A DNA stretch of 64,000 nt from Octopus sinensis (taxonomy: Eukaryota), in assembly GCF_006345805.1 (NCBI RefSeq), contig NC_043000.1, forward strand, positions 90,954,001 to 91,018,000, written 5' to 3'. The notes beneath the pieces are model-generated. The model made no database searches, was not told the origin of the DNA, and was given only the letters and a program-made list of their open reading frames with translations. Numbering within the stretch: the stretch's first letter is position 1; each line of letters opens with the position of its first letter. Both the position numbers and the translations under genes were made by a program. This document shows, one piece after another, positions 30,250 to 44,495 of this stretch.

Positions 30250-30503
30250 ACATGTGTGTGCGTGTGTGTGCGTGCTGGTGTGTGTGTATGTGCGTCCATG
30301 TGCGTGTATGTGTGTGTGTGCATGTGTGTGCTTATGTATTTCTGTGTGTGCATGTGTTTGAGTGTGTGGCTGTATGTAATGTGTACATGTGAGAGTATAT
30401 ATATGTATATATATATGTATAATATATATATATATAATATATATTATATATATATATATATTACATATATATGCATGCATATGTATATAATATATGTATT
30501 TAC

Positions 30504-30557
<54 letters not shown>

Positions 30558-30702
30558 ATATACATAAATGCATACATTCATTCCACGTATATTTTTCACA
30601 TCTACACACATATATCTAAAATACACACACACGAATGTATGTATATATGTATATGTATATGTATCTATATCTATATTTATATCTATCTATCTATCTATAT
30701 CA

Positions 30703-30785
<83 letters not shown>
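30250..30785. repeat. (TG)n/(TA)n microsatellite field
   Basis: Directly visible. Confidence 0.95.
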
Positions 30786-30894
30786 AAAGATAGCGAAGAA
30801 TCATATCTCAGATAAACATTGCTTAAGAGTGAACTCAAACACTCCCATGATAAGGAGAAGGCAGAGAAAAGAGCCAGAACTGTAAAAAAAATGT

Positions 30895-31290
30895 AAAAAT
30901 AAACTCTAATACCTTCTATACATTTGCAAATGCGTCTGCTTCAGTACGATACAAAATAAAGCCAGTTTGACTAAAATGGTTTACAGGCTACAGACCCGTA
31001 GGAGATAATCGAGATGTGCTATACAAAAGTGAATGTGCAATTCAAAACAGTTTTCTCAACTCTGCTGGAACACTTGCAAATAGCTATATCTGATCAGTCC
31101 TTTGGCTTTACAGCTCAACATAAAGAGATGGCAATTATTGGTTTCATCGAAACAGAGGAAGCTGTAATGTCAGCCATTGATGCAAGAGTTTAAACTCAAC
31201 CGCATGTCCTGATGAACTCCCAGCAATACTCTTAAAGCAATGTACACGAAATCTAGTAAGACCACTGCAGACCCTGGAATTGCAACCTCA
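30895..31290 (+). mobile_element. CR1/L2-type LINE ORF2 fragment, frameshifted
   Basis: Translates ...TEEAVMSAIDA / NSTACPDELPAILLKQCTRNLVRPLQTL, the region N-terminal to the RT domain (GPDG.PA.LLK.C....PL..L pattern). Confidence 0.65.
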
Positions 31291-31588
31291 ATGTTTGCTG
31301 GGCTTACAAGGTGAGTCTAAATTAGATACTTATTCTTTTAAACACTTTCTGACGACTGTCGGTATCAGGGCTATCATAGCAGCTGGGTAAATCAATAATC
31401 TGGCCACAATAACATTTTTTAAAAATTGAAAATAAGCCAAAGCATACATAGGGCCCTTAGACCAGTGAAACTTTAGTCCAACTGCCCAGTGTGCTCATGG
31501 ATTAAGATGTCCTTGGCCGGAGTTGATTATCAAATTTTGTAAGAAACCAATTGGTAATTCATAATAATAATAGTAGTAACAGTAGTAA

Positions 31589-31630
<42 letters not shown>

Positions 31631-33679
31631 CAGCAATAATAATAATAATAATAATATTACTATTATTATTATTATTATATGGTATAAAAGATGGGCTACA
31701 GCAAATTTTCTGCTCAATACCACAGATTTGCTTGGCAGTTGTTTGACCATAACCAGTTGAGCATATCCCTTAGTGGCTGACGATATGTTCATCTCTGATC
31801 ACGAGCAGAAGTAGTTGGGGAGCATCATAGCCATGTGTTGAGAGGGATTCGTAGGGATTTGTATAATTCACATTTGGAAACATGGGTGTTTCATTCAACA
31901 TCTTAAACAAGCCTTATTCAGACACCTTTTAAACAAGATGGGCTACTCGACCTGAAGAAAATTCTAACTGAGCCCCACCTGCAAGGTCATGCACTATTTA
32001 TCTTGATATAAGATGACAATGTAGCGCTCATATGGTTGTGATGCATGTGCCTCATGTACCCTTATCAGACAGTAGTCATAATGGGTATATTGCGCTTCGT
32101 ATATATATATGTTACGGTTAACGCTTTTAGTATCTAAAATTTTACCAGAAACAAATATGCAGTGCAAAAATTGCAAAAGCAATATTATTCCTTGAGTAGA
32201 CTTCCTTGTACGTTTTGGAAGTCATGGAAGACAACTCCAGATACGTTTAGCTTTTATTCTGACCTCTTCAACGAAGCGTTATTTTCATCATACTTGATGG
32301 AAGCTGATGAATGAATTATGGTTACATATGAGATAGTTTATTCCTTAGCTTAGGATAATAGAATTGTTTACAATTTAAATAATTAAAGATATCAATCGCA
32401 TGACTATTAAACGGTGCGTTAACGATAACATATTTAATATATGAATAAACAGAAAGCTAAAACAAATTAGATATACATGATAAACATATTGACAAAATTC
32501 AAATAATAATTAAACAAACAATATTGATGATTAATATTATTTTAGTTTTTACGATAAGAATGGAATAAAATTCCAAAAACGTTTTGGCCTATTAATTTAT
32601 ACGGGATACGAACAACTGTCTAGCATTAAGTACATAACAAAGTTTCCTCAGGAACCAATTTACAACTCTGTGGTTGGTGCATTTTATCAGAGTGTTGGAT
32701 TTTCTGCATTGTTGTGAGTTGGTGAAAAGGAATTGTATCTATGTAAAGGAGTACAGGGCGCGATTTAAGACTTGCCATATCTTATGAGGCCAGTGTGATA
32801 ACGCTTATAAAGTTAAGTAGATGATAACAGTATCCTTCATCTATCTCATGTGCCACTGTTTTCTATTTGAGATTATCGTTTCGTCAGCTTCAATCCTATT
32901 GAAATCGTAGTCAAGAATATTAAATCTGGGGTATTTTTGACTAAACAATCATGAGAGAAAAAAAGGGGGAAAAACCTGTGATTAGAATCTAAGAAATGAT
33001 TTGAATTACTATAAGAAAATTTATGTTACCAAAAGAACGAAATCAAAATAGTCGTTTCTAGATTAATTATGGATATTTAATTTTATAAAAAGGGTAAAAA
33101 AAGGCAAGTATTCAGAAAAAAACTGAAGAAAAATGTTTTATGTCGGATGACATATACTTTTTATGAAAAGGGAAGATATAAGCGTTTAAAATGTAAAACA
33201 TATAAACCTAACAAACAAAAGTGACATAAAATCCCGCCACCCACAAAAAACGACGAGAAAGCAAACAAAAACAGTAACATTTATTTATTGGTAAACAAAA
33301 TTTCATCTAATGTAACTAATGTTCTATTCCAAAGTAAACAACATAAAAAAGACCACAAATATCGAATCCAACTATAAACAAAAAAAGAGTCACACAAAAT
33401 CAAACTATCACTGGAAAAAATGGATAAACTACTTTAGATATTCAAATTTAGAATTAAACACAAAAATCAAGCGGATACGTATATACAAATATACAAAAAA
33501 ATACAAAAATTAAAAAAAGAAAATATGAGGTTAAAAAAGTTCAACAAATGAAGGGTAAAAGATGGTCATCTTTCATTAAGATTCAAGAGATAATTACTTT
33601 TGATAATGAGTTTTATAGAAAACAAAGGGTGTTTACTAAATTATTACCTTGCTATTTTTTCATTTTAATACTTATATGT

Positions 33680-33701
33680 ATTGTATGTATTATATATAAT
33701 A

Positions 33702-33770
<69 letters not shown>

Positions 33771-33917
33771 CTTATATACATATATGTATACTATATTTAC
33801 ATAAATAAATATATAAATTTATATATATATACTATGTTTACATATATAATATATATATAATAAACGTATATATATACATGTTATATATATGTATAATATG
33901 TATATCTATATATATAC

Positions 33918-33952
<35 letters not shown>

Positions 33953-34011
33953 TAATATATATATGTATATATGCATAATACTGATGTATGTATGTATGAT
34001 GTATGTATGTA

Positions 34012-34082
<71 letters not shown>

Positions 34083-34110
34083 AATGTAAGATGTATGTAT
34101 GTAAACGTAC
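33680..34110. repeat. (TA)n microsatellite field
   Basis: Directly visible. Confidence 0.95.
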
Positions 34111-34738
34111 ATATATCCTTATATAAAGTTCATAATTTACTGACAGACGCCAAAGTAGATAAATGAATTGATAAATATTTGAAGAAATATAAGTATAATG
34201 TATATGGGGAGTGAGTGAGAGGGAAAGAAAACAACGATGTTAATATTTTAAAAGACACAGTGAACAAAAAAAAAAGAAAGAAAAACGCAACAAATGTGAC
34301 AGAAAAAATAATGAGAAAAAAAATAACGAATGAACAATAGAATGAGGCCAGACAGAAAGGAACGAGGTAGAACACGCAGGCAAGGGAATAAAGGGAGACA
34401 CAGGAAAAGTAAAAAAGTATACAAAAAAGCAGATAAGAGCGGTAATTCCAGTGAAAAACATACATAACCCCAAACATTTACACATCAAGCCAACCCACAT
34501 ACATAAAGGCAAAAATGAAAATAAAAAAAAAACGATGAGGAGTGTGACAAAGAAAATTTATTTCCAATTATTGATTGTTTAAAGTGAAATTTTGATAATT
34601 GGGAAGATAGGCACTTGTATTGAACGACAACAAGAACAATAACAAGTGCTACTACTCTACTACTGCTACTACTACTGCTGACTGAGGCGACAAAGACACA
34701 GAGCAACCACATACAAAACGTAAAAATATATAAAAATA

Positions 34739-34789
<51 letters not shown>

Positions 34790-34851
34790 ATATATATATA
34801 TAATATATAGTGTGTGTGTGTGTGTGTGTGTGGGTGTGTGTCTGTGGAGTA

Positions 34852-34890
<39 letters not shown>

Positions 34891-35179
34891 TATTATATAT
34901 ATTATGTGTGTGTGTCCGTGTGTCTGTGTGTCCGTGTGTGTTTGGTGTCTATGCACAACATGATTATCAACTGTATTCTTGTCTGAGAGGGCAGAAGTCA
35001 ATGAACCATGAAAATATTGTATGAAACCATGAAAACAAAAATAATACAATTAAAAACATAAAACAAAGAAGATGACAGTAAAAGCAAGTGTCATCAATAA
35101 AAGTTCTACACTGAAGACGGAATTATTCAGAAAACAAACATTTTCACAATGAGATACCAGTAACGCATATATATATATA

Positions 35180-35249
<70 letters not shown>

Positions 35250-35497
35250 CATACAAACATGCATGGATACATACATAGATATACCTAAATATTATGTATG
35301 CACATATATATATTATTATATATATATATAATATAGAGATAGAGAGAGAGAGAGAGAGAGAGATACATAGATAGATATAGATATATATATACATATATAC
35401 ACATATATACATATATATACACATATATACACATATATACATATATATATACACATATATACACATATATACATATGTACATATATACGTATATGTA

Positions 35498-35944
35498 CGT
35501 CGTCGTGAGCGCTACATCATCTGCATGATGTGGAAAATATTCCATCAGCATTGCCCAAATGATGTTGGCATCACCTTTAAGGTACATCCAAGGCTTGGGC
35601 CCCGTGCCATCCGCCCAAAACAAAAATCGCACTCTCATCGCATAACAACAATACGGCACAATTATTTCACCTCAATTGGCCCCGCTCTCTTTAACATTAC
35701 ACCAAAACACATTAAAACAGAAACTGACCCTATAGGGTTCAAGAAGTCTTTGGACAGATTCCTTCAAGAAATCCCGGATAAACCCCCTACACCCGGATAT
35801 GTCTCTGTAAACAATAACTCTCTACTTGAGTGGGCCATAGTGCCCAAATTCTGACTTGAAAGACTTCACCAGGTGGTGCTATTAAGTTAGACATGGCCTG
35901 GGCCAATAATGGCCGAAACCTATCAAAGTATCAAAGTATCAAAG
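35498..35944 (+). mobile_element. 5'-truncated, young CR1-clade LINE 3' end
   Basis: Uninterrupted frame [14 protein letters not shown]...FTSIGPALFNITP...FKKSLDRFLQEIPDKP...LLEWAIVPKF*, then a 3' UTR and (TATCAAAG)x3 tail; inserted into (TA)n. Confidence 0.9.
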
Positions 35945-36167
35945 TATATATACATATAAATATATACATATATATATATAGTATACATATACATATGTGG
36001 CCTGCTCGCTTGGCCAGCGGGGTGACGTCATTCGAAGGCTAAAACAATGCGAACGCGTTGTGACCAGCGGTGTGTAGCTGTATCTGATAGGCTGGTCGGT
36101 CACGTGATCACATATACATATGTGTATATATTCACAACACACAATATATGCATCTATATATATATAT

Positions 36168-36239
<72 letters not shown>

Positions 36240-36241
36240 AA

Positions 36242-36431
36242 ATACAAAATGGGACAAGGACGTAAAACATCCGGACAACTAGTTGATACCAAAAAAGGGC
36301 GACAAACCATCCAGATAAACGATACAAAAAACACGGGCGGGTCATTTTGTATCGTCTATCTGGATGGTTTGTTGTCCCTTTTTGTATCACCTAGTTGTCC
36401 GGATGTTTTGCGTTTTTGTCCCATTTTGTAT
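36242..36431. repeat. Fold-back hairpin with 88/87-nt arms and a 15-nt loop, inside (TA)n
   Basis: 36242-36329 is the reverse complement of 36345-36431 with about ten differences; single-arm relatives at ~22795 and ~46630. Confidence 0.92.
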
Positions 36432-36634
36432 ATATATACTTATTGATATTTAATAATACTTTAATATATATTTATATATGCATAGATATTGATACACACG
36501 TGCGCAAAGAAGTATATATATACATATATATATATATGTGTGTATGTATGTTTATATATATTTATATATATGTGTGTTTGTATGTATATATATATATGCA
36601 TATGTATACATATACATATTATATATATATTATA

Positions 36635-36666
<32 letters not shown>

Positions 36667-37213
36667 CTGTATGTATATATATATATGAGTGTGTGTATGT
36701 ATATATACATATATATTTATATATATATATATATACATGTATACATCTGTACGCACGCACACACACACAGAGACACACACATACACACATATATATGTAT
36801 AGATAGATAGATTGATATCGATAAAGATATGTGTGTGGGAGCAGGCGTGTGTACACTATTATAAATTTAAGTATGTATAAATTATATTCCGAAGTCCATT
36901 TATTTGCCAAATGACATCCTCTTGGACTATGTAGAAATTGAATCAATAACATTGTAGAAGAGGCATTTTGGCCTTATAAGGACACACAACATTGTTTATT
37001 TCTTGCAGTGTCAAAATGGTCTTTGTCTTTATGTGGCCTGATTACTAACGTCATTCAACTGTAACTTTTAAAAATTAGTTGGTAGTATGTCCTTCTTGAC
37101 CTCAGACATATAGTTGTTTGGCGGTGTTGTAGCTTAATATTTTGACCTGGAGCACTGTTAGTCACTTCTATGTTCATTTTCTTTCTTTACCCCCACCCCC
37201 CACATGTATATAT

Positions 37214-37440
37214 ATATTTCTTTACTACCCACAAGGGGCTAAACACAGAGGGGACAAACAAGGACAGACAAAGAGATTAAGTTGATTACATCGACCCTAG
37301 TGCGTAACTGGTACTTAATTTATCGACCCAGATAGGATGAAAGGCAAAGTCGACCTCGGCGGAATTTGAACTCGGAACGTAACGACAGACAAAATACTGC
37401 TACGCATTTCACCCGGCGTGCTAACGTTTCTGCCAGCTCA
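37214..37440 (-). mobile_element. SINE family B, full-length
   Basis: Complete copy from the AAGAAATA 3' end to the GAGCTGGCAG head. Confidence 0.92.
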
Positions 37441-37497
37441 TGATGGATTCTCCCATCGATGACGATGTATGACTGATAGGGTAGGACGGTATTTACA

Positions 37498-37835
37498 CAG
37501 GAAAATATGTAAAAACTACAAAATCAGCACTCCTGCTTACTGGTACTAACATCATCCTGAGTCGGTCGTTGAAGGTAAAAATCTCACTATCCTCGATCCA
37601 GGCTAATTGACCAGGCATAATTATTAAAGACATGGAAGAAAATAGTTGTAGATTAATAGATGTAAGTGTTCTCACTAATAAAAATATATGTGTCAAGGAA
37701 TTTCACAAACTAAATAAATATAAAGAGCTGGAAATTGAAAAACAAAAGATGTGACTGCTTAAAACGAGAACTGCTCCTGTTATTGTAGGCCCATGTCTTA
37801 CTTAATACAAAATATTGTACTGACAAGTATTTCCC
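37498..37835 (+). mobile_element. R4/Dong-type non-LTR retrotransposon fragment (restriction-like endonuclease domain)
   Basis: KICKNYKISTPAYWY*HHPESVVEGKNLTIL...IQAN*PGIIIKD...RLIDVSV...KYKELEIE...PVIVG; a decayed PD-(D/E)xK REL motif. Confidence 0.8.
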
Positions 37836-38036
37836 ACATCCTTAGATAAACCCTATCCATTTAAATGTCTGTGAAGATATGAAGATATTTCGCTACTTCT
37901 CCTCTCCAAACTTTCAAACATACTGTATCATCTCCTATCCTTCACTCGTCTCAGGACACTGGGTGTGCCGCGGCAAGTGACTGTGACATACATGCAGATT
38001 GAAAATTTAAAAAATGATAATAATAAAATGATAAGA

Positions 38037-39013
38037 AAAAAGGGTGGGAGAGGGTTGATAAGTTGCCTGGATTGCATCGAAGCAGAGAAAAATAGCTTAG
38101 GGTAGTATGTAAGAAATACCGTGGAACCATTGTTGAAGCGCGAAAAATGCCGGCGTCATTAAAACTGATAATTGTGTTAAGAAAGAAAAACCTAAAGAGA
38201 AGAAGAACACAAAAAAGAAGCAGCATGGAAGGAGAAAATAGGTACGTTTAGTTTACAAGAGATACAAACGCCAAGTCAGATACAGTAGACCGGTGGCTAT
38301 GGATGAGGAAGAGTGACTTGAAGATAGAGGCAGAAGATCAAGAACAAACGTAAGGGACTAACTATGTGGAGTGCAGAATCGACGACACTACCGACAGCGA
38401 CAAATGCAGAATGAGTGGTGAGAAGGATGAAACGGTACGGCACATATTAGTGAAAGTTCGAAATAGACACAACTCGAATACAAAAGACGACATTAAATTG
38501 TGGAAAAAAAATGATCCATTGGAAGCTCTGTGGAAGACTTGATATGAGCAAACCCCAGAAGAAGTCACCGAGAATAAAAATTTCAAAATCCTGTGGGGTG
38601 CAATGAGTCACTGCGATCTCCTGACCAGACATCGGAAATCGGACATTGTGCCGAATAACAATGAAGGAGCATGCATGATAATCGACATAGCATGTCCCGG
38701 TGACCACAAGATCAAAGTGGGAAATACGAAAGTTATGGTCAATGAGGAGAGTAGACATAATACCAATGGCAATTGGTGCACTTGGAAGTATCAGCGCTCA
38801 ACTACCAATATGGCTTAAAAAGAATCGTACAAATGTAAATGTTAGAACATCTACAAAAATCAGCATTGGTTGGAACTGCAAGAATTCTTCGCGGAGTCCT
38901 TGACACGTGGCCAGTAGTCACCTTAGTCTGCTGTCTGTGGACAGCTGACATACTCCATTATATCCAGCAAAATGAGCCGTGAGTTTTCATCAAATGATAA
39001 TATAATAATAATA

Positions 39014-39062
<49 letters not shown>
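38037..39062 (+). mobile_element. R4/Dong-type LINE 3' portion with zinc knuckle, REL domain and (TAA)n tail
   Basis: KGGRGLISCLDCIEAE...WLWMRKSDLK...KCRMSGEKDETVRHI...KILW...RKSDIV...MIIDIACPGD...IPMAIGALG...EHLQKSALVGTARILR; (TAA)n at 38995-39062. Confidence 0.88.
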
Positions 39063-39064
<2 letters not shown>

Positions 39065-39280
39065 GTTACATTCTTCAAGGGAAATCTTTTGAAAACGAAC
39101 AACATATAGGGAGACAGATCTACCAACATCAAGGAATTGACCCTAAAATGACATCTTAATTCGAAAAACAGGATTGATGCAATCAATACTTAAGGTATAC
39201 CTGTTGTAACACACAGATTTAACATAAAATAATCAAAGAGTGAGATAAGTAAATTTGATACAAATATACATAGCAAAAAG

Positions 39281-39478
39281 TGCTTTACAGTGGAATCCGG
39301 ATGGATATAGAAAAAAAGGTAGGCCTAAGAACTCGTGACGTAGATCAACACAAAAGGAACTTGAGAAAGGGGGACATTTATAGCAGAGTATAAGTACAGA
39401 AACGAAATATTATGCGACATGGAATTCAACTATAAGTGGCCTATACTCCGCGTTGGAGGGTTAAAGGCAGAAAAAAAA
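39281..39478 (+). mobile_element. RTE-clade LINE 3' end remnant
   Basis: ALQWNPDGYRKKGRPKNS*RRSTQKE..., the typical RTE C-terminal G.R..GRP..TW motif. Confidence 0.65.
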
Positions 39479-39486
39479 ACGTAATC

Positions 39487-40110
39487 TTCGCACAATGCAC
39501 CGCAAGCATCACAGAAAGACAGATGTAGATAAACTATAGAGCTTATGAAATGAATTAGGATGTGAACTAATGCAGCTGAAACTATCTCTAAAGACAGCAG
39601 CTATAGGGCTAGACACCTATCTAAAAAAGCAAAGCAACTGAATGCTAAATCATGTTTGCTAATATAAAAATACCAAGGCATGTTGGCATTAGAAGAAGCA
39701 AATGTAACAGAGTTAATGATCACCGAAACTGAGGTGCAACAAGATGAAACAGAGGAATCCGGTGTGATAGCGAAACAGTTTAAGCACAAGCCAAAAAGAA
39801 CGAAATCGCAGAAAAAGATGGAAAAGTAAGGCATTGCCTTGCAAATACCCAACAAGGGGTAGCGATCTTGATACTGATGCAGTTATGATCCATCAATGAT
39901 CGGCTGCATCTGGACTTAAATCAGAAATAGAAGGCTTGATTTTAGCAGCTCAGGATTAGTGTCTGTCAACCAGAAACTACCAAGCAAGTATTCTTAAAAA
40001 TAGTGCCGATGCTGTCTACTGCTTTTGTGGTGCATTCAGAGAGACAATTGAACACCTCATCTCTGGGTGCTCAGTGTTATCCTCATATGAATATATTAAT
40101 CGTCAAAATC
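39487..40110 (+). mobile_element. Another R4/Dong-type LINE fragment (post-RT region and zinc knuckle)
   Basis: ...RWKSKALPCKYP...SGLKSEIEGLILAAQD*CLSTRNYQASILKN...CFCGAFRETIEHLISGCSVLSSYEYINR. Confidence 0.8.
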
Positions 40111-40270
40111 GACCCCCAGTGATCAACTAGTACTATTTTATCGACTTAGAAATAATAAAAAGTAAAGCCGAACTCGGCAAGAATTTGATCTCTGAACATA
40201 AAGACGGACGAAATAACGCTAAGCATTTTGTACGGCATGCTAACACTAAAGATTCTGCCAGCTCACCGTG
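40107..40270 (-). mobile_element. SINE family B interrupting the LINE fragment
   Basis: Homology to family B. Confidence 0.75.
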
Positions 40271-41577
40271 TTAATAACAACATAAACAAGAACACAACAA
40301 CAACAACACAAAAACAACAACAATAATTGTGAAAAACTAATGCACACAATTAAAACGGCAGCTAAAACCTACCACGACATTATAAATGTTTTTCTCTGGA
40401 GTATTACATCAATATATTTGCGTGTGATGTATTTATTTACGATGTAGAATTAACTGACACAACACAAGACATTAGTCTAGACAGAATTGATTCACTTAGT
40501 TAAACTTTCACTTCATATTGATTTTAGATTTGATTCGATCAAAGACCAACATCGTTTTTGCTGTTTTAAAGGCGAGTGCTACAGTTACAGTTGATGGAAC
40601 TGATCCCCCCACCTAGTAAAATAATGATTTATTATTGAAGAACACAATAAATAGTTGAAAAAAAATAGAGGGGCTGTGTAATCAATATAATTAATATTAT
40701 CTCAGGGCATTGCTGTTAGAGCTAATTTTTTAAAAAAAGAATCTACGTCAAAGTGATGAAAATCTGTAGACCTAAAGACTTTAGCAAAAGCAAAATTTGT
40801 ACTGAAACTATGAGAGGATTTAGTATAATAAAACATTAGCCCTATACTCTGTAATTATTGTCGCATCCCCTATCACGGTGTATTAGTAAAAATAGTGATT
40901 TCGAAAACAATTCCAAGGCCACAAACCTTTGGAGGTAAGTTATAGTTAATTACTTCTACTCTCAATTCTAAATTTGTATTTATTTTATCGTTCTATGTAG
41001 GATGGCTTGCTATATCAACGACAACGGTAGTTAGAATCAGAAGGGAAAGGAATCTATCTTAATACGACAACGCATTTTCTCCTACGGTTTACTAATTTTG
41101 TTAATGTAATGTCTCTTGTTTGTTAAAACCAACATCAGTGATGTGATGTAAGATTTAAACAGAAAGAAAATTAAATGTTAATTATATAACGAAAAGCTTG
41201 ACATATTCTATTAACTAACCTACAACCAGTGGTCCTTTTGTAGTCATTCATTTCGTTGTATACAGACTTGATATTTTGTATAAGACCACAGTTGTTGAAA
41301 TCAGCCTCAATATTAGAGATGTTTAACACGTATATACTTGTCTTTGAATTCAGAAGAGCAGAGGCGCCACAAGGTTGGTTCCTGCAAAAGTTTAATCTAG
41401 CATGTTTAGCATTTCGTTTATCAATGCCTAACGTTCCTTTAAATGAACTTTTGTCTGTTTAAGTTGGTGCGACATATTTCTCCTCCACATATATCGTGCA
41501 TTGTTTATGCGATTGTACCATATTAGGATCTACAGTCATTCTTGTATTAAGTTATTAAGAATTCTCGTATTAAGTTA

Positions 41578-41970
41578 CTAGCATTATCGCTCGGCGTTGC
41601 TCGGGTTTGTTTCGACCCTTTAGAATTGGAATTTTTGAAAAGTAAAATGTTTGCATTACGTAGCTTGTTATTCTCTTTAAGTGAACATTTTTCTGGTTGA
41701 AATACACCGAAAAATGGCGACACAGAAATCAAAGATTCGTAAAAAATAGGGATTTTCATAGAAAAAAAAGTACCTTTTTGATGTAAATAATTTTTGGTCT
41801 TAGCATGGTCCGATTTCAATTTTATCTTCTACGGAATGAAGAGCAAGCCTTCTTCAATTAAACTCTCAATTTTAGCCAACTTGCGCCGCAGGGTCTCGGA
41901 GGAGATAGTGTTAGTTGAAGGCTACCAAACCTGCCACACACAGACAACTTCAGCTTTATATATAGAGAGA
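41578..41970 (-). mobile_element. Non-autonomous Helitron
   Basis: Minus strand: A^TCTCTCTATATATAAAGCTGAAG start, hairpin CCCGAGCAACGCCGAG (41590-41605), CTAG^T end. Confidence 0.85.
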
Positions 41971-42039
41971 TTAAGAAGCATTAGTACTAAGTTTGAGAAG
42001 AACGTTATTTCTTGGGTGTTCTTGAAATAATTATGTCTG

Positions 42040-42243
42040 CTATAGGCACAGGACCTGAAATTTTGGAGAGGTGATAAGTCGATTACATGATTATAGTATA
42101 TGACTGGTACTTATTTTATCGACCCCGAAATGTTGAAAGGCAAAGTTGACCTCGGCGGTATTGGAACTCAGAACGTAAAGACGACTGAAATTCCACTCAG
42201 CCTTTTACCTAGCGCGCTAACGATCCTGCCAGCTCACCGCCTT
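42040..42243 (-). mobile_element. SINE family B
   Basis: Homology to family B. Confidence 0.85.
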
Positions 42244-43169
42244 ACGGTAGTGGGGTGCTTCTGAAATAGTAACACCAGTGCTTAGACGCTAGTAGGATGA
42301 CTGATAGCAGTTATACTAAGAAAGAATTTCACATAACAATTTATTTAGTACAAACATTGATGGGTAATGTTTGTGAAAACTTTAATTTAGTTTGGAAGTA
42401 AAAGAGACAGCACTCATGACTTTAGTAGTCCCTTCTATGTTACTGAAAGTGATGCCATTAGCATTCTACCTAAGACTTTGCAAATCACGACCGTCAGGCA
42501 AAGCAGAAGCCGGGAGGATATTCCAGTGGAACGACTTTCTGACTAGCAAGAAATGAGCGCGGTAATTAGTGCGCAGCATAGGGTGTTAGATATAATAAAA
42601 GGTGAAGAAAGACTGAAAGGTCAGTGAATTTAGAATGCCTGAGTGGAGCTATCATAAACTCAGAAGCAAATGCCATTTGGGGTTTACAAAACTATTTTTT
42701 TTAATTCCCACTTACCTCATTACTCTAAAAATATATTTATTTATGAATTTCCTTAGTACTCTTTAATATCTAAAATTTCTTTGGTAATTTATCTCTATTA
42801 ATGTAATAGTGAAAGTTAAATGATAGAGTTTATGGTACTGCGCTATCAAGTACCAATTTTGAGTTAGAACTCACTGCTTTCGTGGCAATTTCATTCAAAT
42901 CATTCCTTTATTTCTGCTTTGTGCTCTACAGCACACACCCCTGTCCTTCGAAGATTCAAGCAGCCTAGCAGTTCTGATATGAGAGATGATTGATAAGGGT
43001 TTGCCCACCCCTTTACTTTTTCTGGTGAAAAGATGCTGTGAGTGAAATTCCACAACTCATTTTGAGCGAGAACGTAACCAATTCCGAAAGTAGGAGAGAA
43101 AGGGGGGAGAGAGAGAGAGAGTCAGAGGGAAAGAGGTAGAAACAGAGTGAGAATGATATATATATATAT

Positions 43170-43235
<66 letters not shown>

Positions 43236-43905
43236 ATCGACCGAATAACTAGTCTGCAGCTTTATTTATCGCTCCAGGAGGGTTGGAAGTCTATGTTGAC
43301 ATAGAAGTAATTTGAACCCATTGTGCAGAGATCCAGAGTAAGGAACGCTGGATATTTTTAGTCAACTCTTTAATCATTCTGCTGATTCACTGCTCTCAAA
43401 TTTCACCTCATGAACTTAAATAAAAAAGACGTTTTAAGGCATACATATAAAAATATGGGATTGATAAAGTTGGTACGTCTTTGATGACATGTTTGATATG
43501 GGTTGACCTGAATTTAAACAAAAACAAAGCATCAATTTATCATTAATTTAGAGTTAGAATTCAATCACAATTTTAAATATTTTCTTTTTAGTGTGACACG
43601 GGGTAAAATAGTCCTCGAGTCACGTCTTTGGCATTGTATAGCAGAATAAGGAGAATTTTGGTCACAATTAACTTGGGGTATATTTGAATAGGTTACTTTA
43701 TGTTGTTCACAGATCGAACAATCAATTGAATCTTATGTTCACCATTCCCAATTTAACCTTCATACAGTGTTGTCGACGAAAAATTATCTTTGTAATGTCT
43801 GGCACTCATTAAGATATCGGTACTAAGATGGAAATTGAAATGAGATTTGGAAACTAATAAAACCATATTCGCTCACTCGCATAGACACTCATGTAAATAT
43901 GGCAA

Positions 43906-44184
43906 TCATATACTTCCTTCCACCCCTTCTCCTTCTTCGGCTGGTCCCACTTGACCATCATTTTCCATCGAGCCGTCATCCTCAGGTATCATTTCCGAAT
44001 ACTCACTCTAGTGTCGGACACTGTTATCGTCTAGGGTCCTTCACCCTTTATTAAACCCACCCAACATGAAATCTTTACCTGCTTCTAATCCAGTTTCAGT
44101 ACCGGTACCTTCGCCTATAACATCACTATCTTATGCGCACGTGGGTCACCTTTTCATGTGATTCGTAACTTTACTTCCTCCTAA
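43906..44184 (-). pseudogene. Decayed acidic, Gly-rich reading frame of unknown origin
   Basis: One frame of 93 codons: LGGSKVTNHMKR*PTCA*DSDVIGEGTGTETGLEAGKDFMLGGFNKG*RTLDDNSVRH*SEYSEMIPEDDGSMENDGQVGPAEEGEGVEGSI*; 4 internal stops, no family recognised. Confidence 0.25.
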
Positions 44185-44495
44185 GAAATGTTAACCTCTC
44201 CATTAATTGTATCCTCAATGGCTCACTAGATATAAGGAAAAAATAATCGTTAGCTGGCTAAAAGTTTAAATGAAACTTTATTGGTTATCCAACGTAACCC
44301 TACCTCACAAATCACTCAGATTTCTAATCTCACCCACCTGCATCTCGCTATTTTGGGGATTATACAGAAGACAGCAAAGTGCTTCTGCTCACCATCTTCG
44401 TACTGAAGAACAACTGACCTTTCTCTTAAGCACAGAAAAGAACCAATTAAAATTGATTTCTATAACTTGAATGACTACAATATAACTCTAGATTT

